Numbered from the stretch's first letter, positions 22,101 to 37,132 are shown. The stretch is 64,000 bases of DNA from Macrostomum hystrix (GCA_950097015.1 CATNEN010000001.1:1364001-1428000); one strand, 5' to 3'. The notes: generated from the sequence alone by a model not told the origin. Program-made: numbers and translations.

Positions 22101-25100
22101 TGATTAGAGATGGAACTGATTAGAGATGGGACTGATTAGAGATGAGACTGATTAGAGATGAGACTGATTAGAGATGGAACTGATTAGAGATGAGACTGAT
22201 TAGAGATGGGACTGATTAGAGATGAGACTGATTTGAGATGGGACTGATTAGAGATGGAACTGATTAGAGATGGGACTGATTAGAGATGAGACTGATTAGA
22301 GATGAGACTGATTAGAGATGGAACTGATTAGAGATGAGACTGATTAGAGATGGGACTGATTAGAGATGAGACTGATTTGAGATGGGACTGATTAGAGATG
22401 GAACTGATTAGAGATGGAACTGATTAGAGATGGGACTGATTAGAGATGAGACTGATTAGAGATGAGACTGATTAGAGATGAGACTGATTAGAGATGGAAC
22501 TGATTAGAGATGAGACTGATTAGAGATGGGACTGATTAGAGATGAGACTGATTTGAGATGGGACTGATTAGAGATGGAACTGATTAGAGATGGAACTGAT
22601 TAGAGATGGAACTGATTAGAGATGAGGCTGATTAGAGATGGGACTGATTAGAGATGAGACTGATTAGAGATGGGACTGATTAGAGATGAGACTGATTAGA
22701 GATGAGACTGATTAGAGATGAGACTGATTAGAGATGAGACTGATTAGAGATGGAACTGATTAGAGATGAGACTGATTAGAGATGGGACTGATTAGAGATG
22801 AGACTGATTAGAGATGAGACTGATTAGAGATGAGACTGATTAGAGATGGGACTGATTAGAGATGGGACTGATTAGAGATGGGACTGATTAGAGATGAGAC
22901 TGATTAGAGATGGAACTGATTAGAGATGGAACTGATTAGAGATGGAACTGATTAGAGATGAGACTGATTAGAGATGAGACTGATTAGAGATGAGACTGAT
23001 TAGAGATGGAACTGATTAGAGATGAGACTGATTAGAGATGGGACTGATTAGAGATGAGACTGATTTGAGATGGGACTGATTAGAGATGGAACTGATTAGA
23101 GATGGAACTGATTAGAGATGGAACTGATTAGAGATGAGGCTGATTAGAGATGGGACTGATTAGAGATGAGACTGATTAGAGATGGGACTGATTAGAGACG
23201 AGACTGATTAGAGATGAGACTGATTAGAGATGAGACTGATTAGAGATGAGACTGATTAGAGATGGAACTGATTAGAGATGAGACTGATTAGAGATGGGAC
23301 TGATTAGAGATGAGACTGATTAGAGATGAGACTGATTAGAGATGAGACTGATTAGAGATGAGACTGATTAGAGATGAGACTGATTAGAGATGGGACTGAT
23401 TAGAGATGGGACTGATTAGAGATGGGACTGATTAGAGATGAGACTGATTAGAGATGGAACTGATTAGAGATGGAACTGATTAGAGATGAGACTGATTAGA
23501 GATGGGACTGATTAGAGATGAGACTGATTTGAGATGGGACTGATTAGAGATGGAACTGATTAGAGATGGAACTGATTAGAGATGGGACTGATTAGAGATG
23601 AGACTGATTAGAGATGAGACTGATTAGAGATGGAACTGATTAGAGATGAGACTGATTAGAGATGGGACTGATTAGAGATGAGACTGATTTGAGATGGGAC
23701 TGATTAGAGATGGAACTGATTAGAGATGGAACTGATTAGAGATGGGACTGATTAGAGATGAGACTGATTAGAGATGAGACTGATTAGAGATGAGACTGAT
23801 TAGAGATGGAACTGATTAGAGATGAGACTGATTAGAGATGGGACTGATTAGAGATGAGACTGATTTGAGATGGGACTGATTAGAGATGGAACTGATTAGA
23901 GATGGAACTGATTAGAGATGGAACTGATTAGAGATGAGGCTGATTAGAGATGGGACTGATTAGAGATGAGACTGATTAGAGATGGGACTGATTAGAGATG
24001 AGACTGATTAGAGATGAGACTGATTAGAGATGAGACTGATTAGAGATGAGACTGATTAGAGATGGAACTGATTAGAGATGAGACTGATTAGAGATGGGAC
24101 TGATTAGAGATGAGACTGATTAGAGATGAGACTGATTAGAGATGAGACTGATTAGAGATGGGACTGATTAGAGATGGGACTGATTAGAGATGGGACTGAT
24201 TAGAGATGAGACTGATTAGAGATAGGACTGATTAGAGATGAGACTGATTAGAGATGAGACTGAGTAGAGATGAGACTGAGTAGAGATGAGACTGAGTAAA
24301 GATGAGACTGAGTAGAGATGAGACTGATTAGAGATGAGACTGAGTAGAGATGAGACTGATTAGAGATGAGACTGAGTAGAGATGAGACTGATTAGAGATG
24401 AGACTGAGTAGAGATGAGACTGATTAGAGATGAGACTGAGTAAAGATGAGACTGAGTAGAGATGAGACTGATTAGAGATGAGACTGAGTAGAGATGAGAC
24501 TGATTAGAGATGAGACTGAGTAGAGATGAGACTGATTAGAGATGAGACTGAGTAGAGATGGGACTGATTAGAGATGTGACTGATTAGAGATGAGACTGAG
24601 TAGAGATGAGACTGAGTAGAGATGAGACTGATTAGAGATGAGACTGATTAGAGATGGGACTGATTAGAGATGAGACTGATTAGAGATAGGACTGATTAGA
24701 GATGAGACTGAGTAGAGATGAGACTGATTAGAGATGGGACTGATTAGAGATGAGACTGAGTAGAGATGAGACTGATTAGAGATGGGACTGATTAGAGATG
24801 AGACTGATTAGAGATGAGACTGATTAGAGATGAGACTGATTAGAGATGAGACTGATTAGAGATGGAACTGATTAGAGATGAGACTGATTAGAGATGGGAC
24901 TGATTAGAGATGAGACTGATTTGAGATGGGACTGATTAGAGATGGAACTGATTAGAGATGGAACTGATTAGAGATGGGACTGATTAGAGATGAGACTGAT
25001 TAGAGATGAGACTGATTAGAGATGGAACTGATTAGAGATGAGACTGATTAGAGATGGGACTGATTAGAGATGAGACTGATTTGAGATGGGACTGATTAGA

Positions 25101-28100
25101 GATGGAACTGATTAGAGATGGAACTGATTAGAGATGGAACTGATTAGAGATGAGGCTGATTAGAGATGGGACTGATTAGAGATGAGACTGATTAGAGATG
25201 GGACTGATTAGAGATGAGACTGATTAGAGATGAGACTGATTAGAGATGAGACTGATTAGAGATGAGACTGATTAGAGATGGAACTGATTAGAGATGAGAC
25301 TGATTAGAGATGGGACTGATTAGAGATGAGACTGATTAGAGATGAGACTGATTAGAGATGAGACTGATTAGAGATGGGACTGATTAGAGATGGGACTGAT
25401 TAGAGATGGGACTGATTAGAGATGAGACTGATTAGAGATGGAACTGATTAGAGATGGAACTGATTAGAGATGGAACTGATTAGAGATGAGACTGATTAGA
25501 GATGAGACTGATTAGAGATGAGACTGATTAGAGATGGAACTGATTAGAGATGAGACTGATTAGAGATGGGACTGATTAGAGATGAGACTGATTTGAGATG
25601 GGACTGATTAGAGATGGAACTGATTAGAGATGGAACTGATTAGAGATGGAACTGATTAGAGATGAGGCTGATTAGAGATGGGACTGATTAGAGATGAGAC
25701 TGATTAGAGATGGGACTGATTAGAGATGAGACTGATTAGAGATGAGACTGATTAGAGATGAGACTGATTAGAGATGAGACTGATTAGAGATGGAACTGAT
25801 TAGAGATGAGACTGATTAGAGATGGGACTGATTAGAGATGAGACTGATTAGAGATGAGACTGATTAGAGATGAGACTGATTAGAGATGAGACTGATTAGA
25901 GATGAGACTGATTAGAGATGGGACTGATTAGAGATGGGACTGATTAGAGATGGGACTGATTAGAGATGAGACTGATTAGAGATGGAACTGATTAGAGATG
26001 GAACTGATTAGAGATGAGACTGATTAGAGATGGGACTGATTAGAGATGAGACTGATTTGAGATGGGACTGATTAGAGATGGAACTGATTAGAGATGGAAC
26101 TGATTAGAGATGGGACTGATTAGAGATGAGACTGATTAGAGATGAGACTGATTAGAGATGGAACTGATTAGAGATGAGACTGATTAGAGATGGGACTGAT
26201 TAGAGATGAGACTGATTTGAGATGGGACTGATTAGAGATGGAACTGATTAGAGATGGGACTGATTAGAGATGAGACTGATTAGAGATGAGACTGATTAGA
26301 GATGGAACTGATTAGAGATGAGACTGATTAGAGATGGGACTGATTAGAGATGAGACTGATTTGAGATGGGACTGATTAGAGATGGAACTGATTAGAGATG
26401 GAACTGATTAGAGATGGGACTGATTAGAGATGAGACTGATTAGAGATGAGACTGATTAGAGATGAGACTGATTAGAGATGGAACTGATTAGAGATGAGAC
26501 TGATTAGAGATGGGACTGATTAGAGATGAGACTGATTTGAGATGGGACTGATTAGAGATGGAACTGATTAGAGATGGAACTGATTAGAGATGGAACTGAT
26601 TAGAGATGAGGCTGATTAGAGATGGGACTGATTAGAGATGAGACTGATTAGAGATGGGACTGATTAGAGATGAGACTGATTAGAGATGAGACTGATTAGA
26701 GATGAGACTGATTAGAGATGAGACTGATTAGAGATGGAACTGATTAGAGATGAGACTGATTAGAGATGGGACTGATTAGAGATGAGACTGATTAGAGATG
26801 AGACTGATTAGAGATGAGACTGATTAGAGATGGGACTGATTAGAGATGGGACTGATTAGAGATGGGACTGATTAGAGATGAGACTGATTAGAGATGGAAC
26901 TGATTAGAGATGGAACTGATTAGAGATGGAACTGATTAGAGATGAGACTGATTAGAGATGAGACTGATTAGAGATGAGACTGATTAGAGATGGAACTGAT
27001 TAGAGATGAGACTGATTAGAGATGGGACTGATTAGAGATGAGACTGATTTGAGATGGGACTGATTAGAGATGGAACTGATTAGAGATGGAACTGATTAGA
27101 GATGGAACTGATTAGAGATGAGGCTGATTAGAGATGGGACTGATTAGAGATGAGACTGATTAGAGATGGGACTGATTAGAGATGAGACTGATTAGAGATG
27201 AGACTGATTAGAGATGAGACTGATTAGAGATGAGACTGATTAGAGATGGAACTGATTAGAGATGAGACTGATTAGAGATGGGACTGATTAGAGATGAGAC
27301 TGATTAGAGATGAGACTGATTAGAGATGAGACTGATTAGAGATGAGACTGATTAGAGATGAGACTGATTAGAGATGGGACTGATTAGAGATGGGACTGAT
27401 TAGAGATGGGACTGATTAGAGATGAGACTGATTAGAGATGGAACTGATTAGAGATGGAACTGATTAGAGATGAGACTGATTAGAGATGGGACTGATTAGA
27501 GATGAGACTGATTTGAGATGGGACTGATTAGAGATGGAACTGATTAGAGATGGAACTGATTAGAGATGGGACTGATTAGAGATGAGACTGATTAGAGATG
27601 AGACTGATTAGAGATGGAACTGATTAGAGATGAGACTGATTAGAGATGGGACTGATTAGAGATGAGACTGATTTGAGATGGGACTGATTAGAGATGGAAC
27701 TGATTAGAGATGGGACTGATTAGAGATGAGACTGATTAGAGATGAGACTGATTAGAGATGGAACTGATTAGAGATGAGACTGATTAGAGATGGGACTGAT
27801 TAGAGATGAGACTGATTTGAGATGGGACTGATTAGAGATGGAACTGATTAGAGATGGAACTGATTAGAGATGGGACTGATTAGAGATGAGACTGATTAGA
27901 GATGAGACTGATTAGAGATGAGACTGATTAGAGATGGAACTGATTAGAGATGAGACTGATTAGAGATGGGACTGATTAGAGATGAGACTGATTTGAGATG
28001 GGACTGATTAGAGATGGAACTGATTAGAGATGGAACTGATTAGAGATGGAACTGATTAGAGATGAGGCTGATTAGAGATGGGACTGATTAGAGATGAGAC

Positions 28101-31100
28101 TGATTAGAGATGGGACTGATTAGAGATGAGACTGATTAGAGATGAGACTGATTAGAGATGAGACTGATTAGAGATGAGACTGATTAGAGATGGAACTGAT
28201 TAGAGATGAGACTGATTAGAGATGGGACTGATTAGAGATGAGACTGATTAGAGATGAGACTGATTAGAGATGAGACTGATTAGAGATGAGACTGATTAGA
28301 GATGAGACTGATTAGAGATGGGACTGATTAGAGATGGGACTGATTAGAGATGGGACTGATTAGAGATGAGACTGATTAGAGATGGAACTGATTAGAGATG
28401 GAACTGATTAGAGATGAGACTGATTAGAGATGGGACTGATTAGAGATGAGACTGATTTGAGATGGGACTGATTAGAGATGGAACTGATTAGAGATGGAAC
28501 TGATTAGAGATGGGACTGATTAGAGATGAGACTGATTAGAGATGAGACTGATTAGAGATGGAACTGATTAGAGATGAGACTGATTAGAGATGGGACTGAT
28601 TAGAGATGAGACTGATTTGAGATGGGACTGATTAGAGATGGAACTGATTAGAGATGGAACTGATTAGAGATGGGACTGATTAGAGATGAGACTGATTAGA
28701 GATGAGACTGATTAGAGATGAGACTGATTAGAGATGGAACTGATTAGAGATGAGACTGATTAGAGATGGGACTGATTAGAGATGAGACTGATTTGAGATG
28801 GGACTGATTAGAGATGGAACTGATTAGAGATGGAACTGATTAGAGATGGAACTGATTAGAGATGAGGCTGATTAGAGATGGGACTGATTAGAGATGAGAC
28901 TGATTAGAGATGGGACTGATTAGAGATGAGACTGATTAGAGATGAGACTGATTAGAGATGAGACTGATTAGAGATGAGACTGATTAGAGATGGAACTGAT
29001 TAGAGATGAGACTGATTAGAGATGGGACTGATTAGAGATGAGACTGATTAGAGATGAGACTGATTAGAGATGAGACTGATTAGAGATGGGACTGATTAGA
29101 GATGGGACTGATTAGAGATGGGACTGATTAGAGATGAGACTGATTAGAGATAGGACTGATTAGAGATGAGACTGATTAGAGATGAGACTGAGTAGAGATG
29201 AGACTGAGTAGAGATGAGACTGAGTAAAGATGAGACTGAGTAGAGATGAGACTGATTAGAGATGAGACTGAGTAGAGATGAGACTGATTAGAGATGAGAC
29301 TGAGTAGAGATGAGACTGATTAGAGATGAGACTGAGTAGAGATGAGACTGATTAGAGATGAGACTGAGTAAAGATGAGACTGAGTAGAGATGAGACTGAT
29401 TAGAGATGAGACTGAGTAGAGATGAGACTGATTAGAGATGAGACTGAGTAGAGATGAGACTGATTAGAGATGAGACTGAGTAGAGATGGGACTGATTAGA
29501 GATGTGACTGATTAGAGATGAGACTGAGTAGAGATGAGACTGAGTAGAGATGAGACTGATTAGAGATGAGACTGATTAGAGATGGGACTGATTAGAGATG
29601 AGACTGATTAGAGATAGGACTGATTAGAGATGAGACTGAGTAGAGATGAGACTGATTAGAGATGGGACTGATTAGAGATGAGACTGAGTAGAGATGAGAC
29701 TGATTAGAGATGGGACTGATTAGAGATGAGACTGATTAGAGATGAGACTGATTAGAGATGAGACTGATTAGAGATGAGACTGATTAGAGATGGAACTGAT
29801 TAGAGATGAGACTGATTAGAGATGGGACTGATTAGAGATGAGACTGATTTGAGATGGGACTGATTAGAGATGGAACTGATTAGAGATGGAACTGATTAGA
29901 GATGGAACTGATTAGAGATGAGGCTGATTAGAGATGGGACTGATTAGAGATGAGACTGATTAGAGATGGGACTGATTAGAGATGAGACTGATTAGAGATG
30001 AGACTGATTAGAGATGAGACTGATTAGAGATGAGACTGATTAGAGATGGAACTGATTAGAGATGAGACTGATTAGAGATGGGACTGATTAGAGATGAGAC
30101 TGATTAGAGATGAGACTGATTAGAGATGAGACTGATTAGAGATGGGACTGATTAGAGATGGGACTGATTAGAGATGGGACTGATTAGAGATGAGACTGAT
30201 TAGAGATGGAACTGATTAGAGATGGAACTGATTAGAGATGGAACTGATTAGAGATGAGACTGATTAGAGATGAGACTGATTAGAGATGAGACTGATTAGA
30301 GATGGAACTGATTAGAGATGAGACTGATTAGAGATGGGACTGATTAGAGATGAGACTGATTTGAGATGGGACTGATTAGAGATGGAACTGATTAGAGATG
30401 GAACTGATTAGAGATGGAACTGATTAGAGATGAGGCTGATTAGAGATGGGACTGATTAGAGATGAGACTGATTAGAGATGGGACTGATTAGAGATGAGAC
30501 TGATTAGAGATGAGACTGATTAGAGATGAGACTGATTAGAGATGAGACTGATTAGAGATGGAACTGATTAGAGATGAGACTGATTAGAGATGGGACTGAT
30601 TAGAGATGAGACTGATTAGAGATGAGACTGATTAGAGATGAGACTGATTAGAGATGAGACTGATTAGAGATGAGACTGATTAGAGATGGGACTGATTAGA
30701 GATGGGACTGATTAGAGATGGGACTGATTAGAGATGAGACTGATTAGAGATGGAACTGATTAGAGATGGAACTGATTAGAGATGAGACTGATTAGAGATG
30801 GGACTGATTAGAGATGAGACTGATTAGAGATGAGACTGATTAGAGATGAGACTGATTAGAGATGAGACTGATTAGAGATGGAACTGATTAGAGATGAGAC
30901 TGATTAGAGATGGGACTGATTAGAGATGAGACTGATTAGAGATGAGACTGATTAGAGATGAGACTGATTAGAGATGGGACTGATTAGAGATGGGACTGAT
31001 TAGAGATGGGACTGATTAGAGATGAGACTGATTAGAGATAGGACTGATTAGAGATGAGACTGATTAGAGATGAGACTGAGTAGAGATGAGACTGAGTAGA

Positions 31101-34100
31101 GATGAGACTGAGTAAAGATGAGACTGAGTAGAGATGAGACTGATTAGAGATGAGACTGAGTAGAGATGAGACTGATTAGAGATGAGACTGAGTAGAGATG
31201 AGACTGATTAGAGATGAGACTGAGTAGAGATGAGACTGATTAGAGATGAGACTGAGTAAAGATGAGACTGAGTAGAGATGAGACTGATTAGAGATGAGAC
31301 TGAGTAGAGATGAGACTGATTAGAGATGAGACTGAGTAGAGATGAGACTGATTAGAGATGAGACTGAGTAGAGATGGGACTGATTAGAGATGTGACTGAT
31401 TAGAGATGAGACTGAGTAGAGATGAGACTGAGTAGAGATGAGACTGATTAGAGATGAGACTGATTAGAGATGGGACTGATTAGAGATGAGACTGATTAGA
31501 GATAGGACTGATTAGAGATGAGACTGAGTAGAGATGAGACTGATTAGAGATGGGACTGATTAGAGATGAGACTGAGTAGAGATGAGACTGATTAGAGATG
31601 GGACTGATTAGAGATGAGACTGATTAGAGATGAGACTGATTAGAGATGAGACTGATTAGAGATGAGACTGATTAGAGATGGAACTGATTAGAGATGAGAC
31701 TGATTAGAGATGGGACTGATTAGAGATGAGACTGATTTGAGATGGGACTGATTAGAGATGGAACTGATTAGAGATGGAACTGATTAGAGATGGGACTGAT
31801 TAGAGATGAGACTGATTAGAGATGAGACTGATTAGAGATGGAACTGATTAGAGATGAGACTGATTAGAGATGGGACTGATTAGAGATGAGACTGATTTGA
31901 GATGGGACTGATTAGAGATGGAACTGATTAGAGATGGAACTGATTAGAGATGGGACTGATTAGAGATGAGACTGATTAGAGATGAGACTGATTAGAGATG
32001 AGACTGATTAGAGATGGAACTGATTAGAGATGAGACTGATTAGAGATGGGACTGATTAGAGATGAGACTGATTTGAGATGGGACTGATTAGAGATGGAAC
32101 TGATTAGAGATGGAACTGATTAGAGATGGAACTGATTAGAGATGAGGCTGATTAGAGATGGGACTGATTAGAGATGAGACTGATTAGAGATGGGACTGAT
32201 TAGAGATGAGACTGATTAGAGATGAGACTGATTAGAGATGAGACTGATTAGAGATGAGACTGATTAGAGATGGAACTGATTAGAGATGAGACTGATTAGA
32301 GATGGGACTGATTAGAGATGAGACTGATTAGAGATGAGACTGATTAGAGATGAGACTGATTAGAGATGGGACTGATTAGAGATGGGACTGATTAGAGATG
32401 GGACTGATTAGAGATGAGACTGATTAGAGATGGAACTGATTAGAGATGGAACTGATTAGAGATGGAACTGATTAGAGATGAGACTGATTAGAGATGAGAC
32501 TGATTAGAGATGAGACTGATTAGAGATGGAACTGATTAGAGATGAGACTGATTAGAGATGGGACTGATTAGAGATGAGACTGATTTGAGATGGGACTGAT
32601 TAGAGATGGAACTGATTAGAGATGGAACTGATTAGAGATGGAACTGATTAGAGATGAGGCTGATTAGAGATGGGACTGATTAGAGATGAGACTGATTAGA
32701 GATGGGACTGATTAGAGATGAGACTGATTAGAGATGAGACTGATTAGAGATGAGACTGATTAGAGATGAGACTGATTAGAGATGGAACTGATTAGAGATG
32801 AGACTGATTAGAGATGGGACTGATTAGAGATGAGACTGATTAGAGATGAGACTGATTAGAGATGAGACTGATTAGAGATGAGACTGATTAGAGATGAGAC
32901 TGATTAGAGATGGGACTGATTAGAGATGGGACTGATTAGAGATGGGACTGATTAGAGATGAGACTGATTAGAGATGGAACTGATTAGAGATGGAACTGAT
33001 TAGAGATGAGACTGATTAGAGATGGGACTGATTAGAGATGAGACTGATTTGAGATGGGACTGATTAGAGATGGAACTGATTAGAGATGGAACTGATTAGA
33101 GATGGGACTGATTAGAGATGAGACTGATTAGAGATGAGACTGATTAGAGATGGAACTGATTAGAGATGAGACTGATTAGAGATGGGACTGATTAGAGATG
33201 AGACTGATTTGAGATGGGACTGATTAGAGATGGAACTGATTAGAGATGGGACTGATTAGAGATGAGACTGATTAGAGATGAGACTGATTAGAGATGGAAC
33301 TGATTAGAGATGAGACTGATTAGAGATGGGACTGATTAGAGATGAGACTGATTTGAGATGGGACTGATTAGAGATGGAACTGATTAGAGATGGAACTGAT
33401 TAGAGATGGGACTGATTAGAGATGAGACTGATTAGAGATGAGACTGATTAGAGATGAGACTGATTAGAGATGGAACTGATTAGAGATGAGACTGATTAGA
33501 GATGGGACTGATTAGAGATGAGACTGATTTGAGATGGGACTGATTAGAGATGGAACTGATTAGAGATGGAACTGATTAGAGATGGAACTGATTAGAGATG
33601 AGGCTGATTAGAGATGGGACTGATTAGAGATGAGACTGATTAGAGATGGGACTGATTAGAGATGAGACTGATTAGAGATGAGACTGATTAGAGATGAGAC
33701 TGATTAGAGATGAGACTGATTAGAGATGGAACTGATTAGAGATGAGACTGATTAGAGATGGGACTGATTAGAGATGAGACTGATTAGAGATGAGACTGAT
33801 TAGAGATGAGACTGATTAGAGATGGGACTGATTAGAGATGGGACTGATTAGAGATGGGACTGATTAGAGATGAGACTGATTAGAGATGGAACTGATTAGA
33901 GATGGAACTGATTAGAGATGGAACTGATTAGAGATGAGACTGATTAGAGATGAGACTGATTAGAGATGAGACTGATTAGAGATGGAACTGATTAGAGATG
34001 AGACTGATTAGAGATGGGACTGATTAGAGATGAGACTGATTTGAGATGGGACTGATTAGAGATGGAACTGATTAGAGATGGAACTGATTAGAGATGGAAC

Positions 34101-37100
34101 TGATTAGAGATGAGGCTGATTAGAGATGGGACTGATTAGAGATGAGACTGATTAGAGATGGGACTGATTAGAGATGAGACTGATTTGAGATGGGACTGAT
34201 TAGAGATGGAACTGATTAGAGATGGAACTGATTAGAGATGGGACTGATTAGAGATGAGACTGATTAGAGATGAGACTGATTAGAGATGGAACTGATTAGA
34301 GATGAGACTGATTAGAGATGGGACTGATTAGAGATGAGACTGATTTGAGATGGGACTGATTAGAGATGGAACTGATTAGAGATGGAACTGATTAGAGATG
34401 GGACTGATTAGAGATGAGACTGATTAGAGATGAGACTGATTAGAGATGAGACTGATTAGAGATGGAACTGATTAGAGATGAGACTGATTAGAGATGGGAC
34501 TGATTAGAGATGAGACTGATTTGAGATGGGACTGATTAGAGATGGAACTGATTAGAGATGGAACTGATTAGAGATGGAACTGATTAGAGATGAGGCTGAT
34601 TAGAGATGGGACTGATTAGAGATGAGACTGATTAGAGATGGGACTGATTAGAGATGAGACTGATTAGAGATGAGACTGATTAGAGATGAGACTGATTAGA
34701 GATGAGACTGATTAGAGATGGAACTGATTAGAGATGAGACTGATTAGAGATGGGACTGATTAGAGATGAGACTGATTAGAGATGAGACTGATTAGAGATG
34801 AGACTGATTAGAGATGGGACTGATTAGAGATGGGACTGATTAGAGATGGGACTGATTAGAGATGAGACTGATTAGAGATAGGACTGATTAGAGATGAGAC
34901 TGAGTAGAGATGAGACTGATTAGAGATGAGACTGAGTAGAGATGAGACTGATTAGAGATGAGACTGAGTAGAGATGAGACTGAGTAAAGATGAGACTGAG
35001 TAGAGATGAGACTGAGTAGAGATGAGACTGATTAGAGATGAGACTGAGTAGAGATGAGACTGATTAGAGATGAGACTGAGTAAAGATGAGACTGAGTAGA
35101 GATGAGACTGATTAGAGATGAGACTGAGTAGAGATGAGACTGATTAGAGATGGGACTGATTAGAGATGAGACTGATTAGAGATTGGACTGATTAGAGATG
35201 GAACTGATTAGAGATGGGACTGATTAGAGATGGGACTGATTAGAAATGAGACTGATTAGAGATGGGACTGATTAGAGATGGGACTGATTAGAGATGGAAC
35301 TGATTAGAGATGGGACTGATTAGAGATGGGACTGATTAGAGATGAGACTGATTAGAGATGAGACTGATTAGAGATGAGACTGATTAGAGATGGAACTGAT
35401 TAGAGATGAGACTGATTAGAGATGGGACTGATTAGAGATGAGACTGATTTGAGATGGGACTGATTAGAGATGGAACTGATTAGAGATGGAACTGATTAGA
35501 GATGGAACTGATTAGAGATGAGGCTGATTAGAGATGGGACTGATTAGAGATGAGACTGATTAGAGATGGGACTGATTAGAGATGAGACTGATTAGAGATG
35601 AGACTGATTAGAGATGAGACTGATTAGAGATGAGACTGATTAGAGATGGAACTGATTAGAGATGAGACTGATTAGAGATGGGACTGATTAGAGATGAGAC
35701 TGATTAGAGATGAGACTGATTAGAGATGAGACTGATTAGAGATGGGACTGATTAGAGATGGGACTGATTAGAGATGGGACTGATTAGAGATGAGACTGAT
35801 TAGAGATAGGACTGATTAGAGATGAGACTGATTAGAGATGAGACTGAGTAGAGATGAGACTGAGTAGAGATGAGACTGAGTAAAGATGAGACTGAGTAGA
35901 GATGAGACTGATTAGAGATGAGACTGAGTAGAGATGAGACTGATTAGAGATGAGACTGAGTAGAGATGAGACTGATTAGAGATGAGACTGAGTAGAGATG
36001 AGACTGATTAGAGATGAGACTGAGTAAAGATGAGACTGAGTAGAGATGAGACTGATTAGAGATGAGACTGAGTAGAGATGAGACTGATTAGAGATGAGAC
36101 TGAGTAGAGATGAGACTGATTAGAGATGAGACTGAGTAGAGATGGGACTGATTAGAGATGTGACTGATTAGAGATGAGACTGAGTAGAGATGAGACTGAG
36201 TAGAGATGAGACTGATTAGAGATGAGACTGATTAGAGATGGGACTGATTAGAGATGAGACTGATTAGAGATAGGACTGATTAGAGATGAGACTGAGTAGA
36301 GATGAGACTGATTAGAGATGAGACTGAGTAGAGATGAGACTGATTAGAGATGAGACTGAGTAGAGATGAGACTGAGTAAAGATGAGACTGAGTAGAGATG
36401 AGACTGAGTAGAGATGAGACTGATTAGAGATGAGACTGAGTAGAGATGAGACTGATTAGAGATGAGACTGAGTAAAGATGAGACTGAGTAGAGATGAGAC
36501 TGATTAGAGATGAGACTGAGTAGAGATGAGACTGATTAGAGATGGGACTGATTAGAGATGAGACTGATTAGAGATGGGACTGATTAGAGATGGAACTGAT
36601 TAGAGATGGGACTGATTAGAGATGGGACTGATTAGAAATGAGACTGATTAGAGATGGGACTGATTAGAGATGGGACTGATTAGAGATGGAACTGATTAGA
36701 GATGGGACTGATTAGAAATGAGACTGATTACAGATGAGACTGATTAGAGATGGAACTGATTAGAGATGGGACTGATTAGAGATGGAACTGAGTAGAGATG
36801 TGACTGATTAGAGATGAGACTGATTAGAGATGAGACTGATTAGAGATGGGACTGATTAGAGATGGGACTGATTAGAGATGGGACTGATTAGAGATGAGAC
36901 TGATTAGAGATGGGACTGATTAGAGATGGGACTGATTAGAGATGGGACTGATTAGAGATGGGACTGATTAGAGATGGGACTGATTAGAAATGAGACAAGG
37001 TGAGGAAGGATGAGACAAGACATGAGAGATGAGACAGTTATAAATCAGTTAAAGAAAAAAACAAAATGACTTACTGACAATGAGCAGTATAATACTCAAA

Positions 37101-37132
37101 TAGCGTTGACCATTAATTGATCTTCGTAGCAT
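19187..37132 (-). CDS. Small secreted PAN/apple-domain protein (129 aa). Exon 1 37132-37075, exon 2 19518-19187, single 17,556-bp intron
   Basis: Exon 1 ATG CTA CGA...ATT GTC A|GTAAGT joins TTTTCTTTTTTTAG|CC GCT in matching phase 1. Product MLRRSINGQRYLSIILLIVTASLSWQNCQA-RRVV...SAINCAALCASLPAGGCLGAGFNTDGRICKL...RYWDMSMALNFSAV*: signal peptide plus PAN-type C-x3-C..C..F..C-x-L. TATAAA at 37205-37200 and AATAAA at 19148-19143 on the minus strand. Confidence 0.8.
19579..36996. repeat. Giant 16-bp satellite (GAGATGAGACTGATTA)n, ~1,089 units, 17.4 kb, with higher-order repeats
   Basis: Phase kept across the array (e.g. 19681 to 36961 = 1,080 x 16). Only a few substitution variants occur (AG/GG/GA/TG after GATG; ATTA/AGTA/ATTT). 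Confidence 0.99.

Noticed and set aside
19579-36996. Telomeric or interstitial telomere array, or a coding repeat
   Set aside because: Unit is not TTAGGG-like, both flanks are genic, and stop codons recur in all frames.
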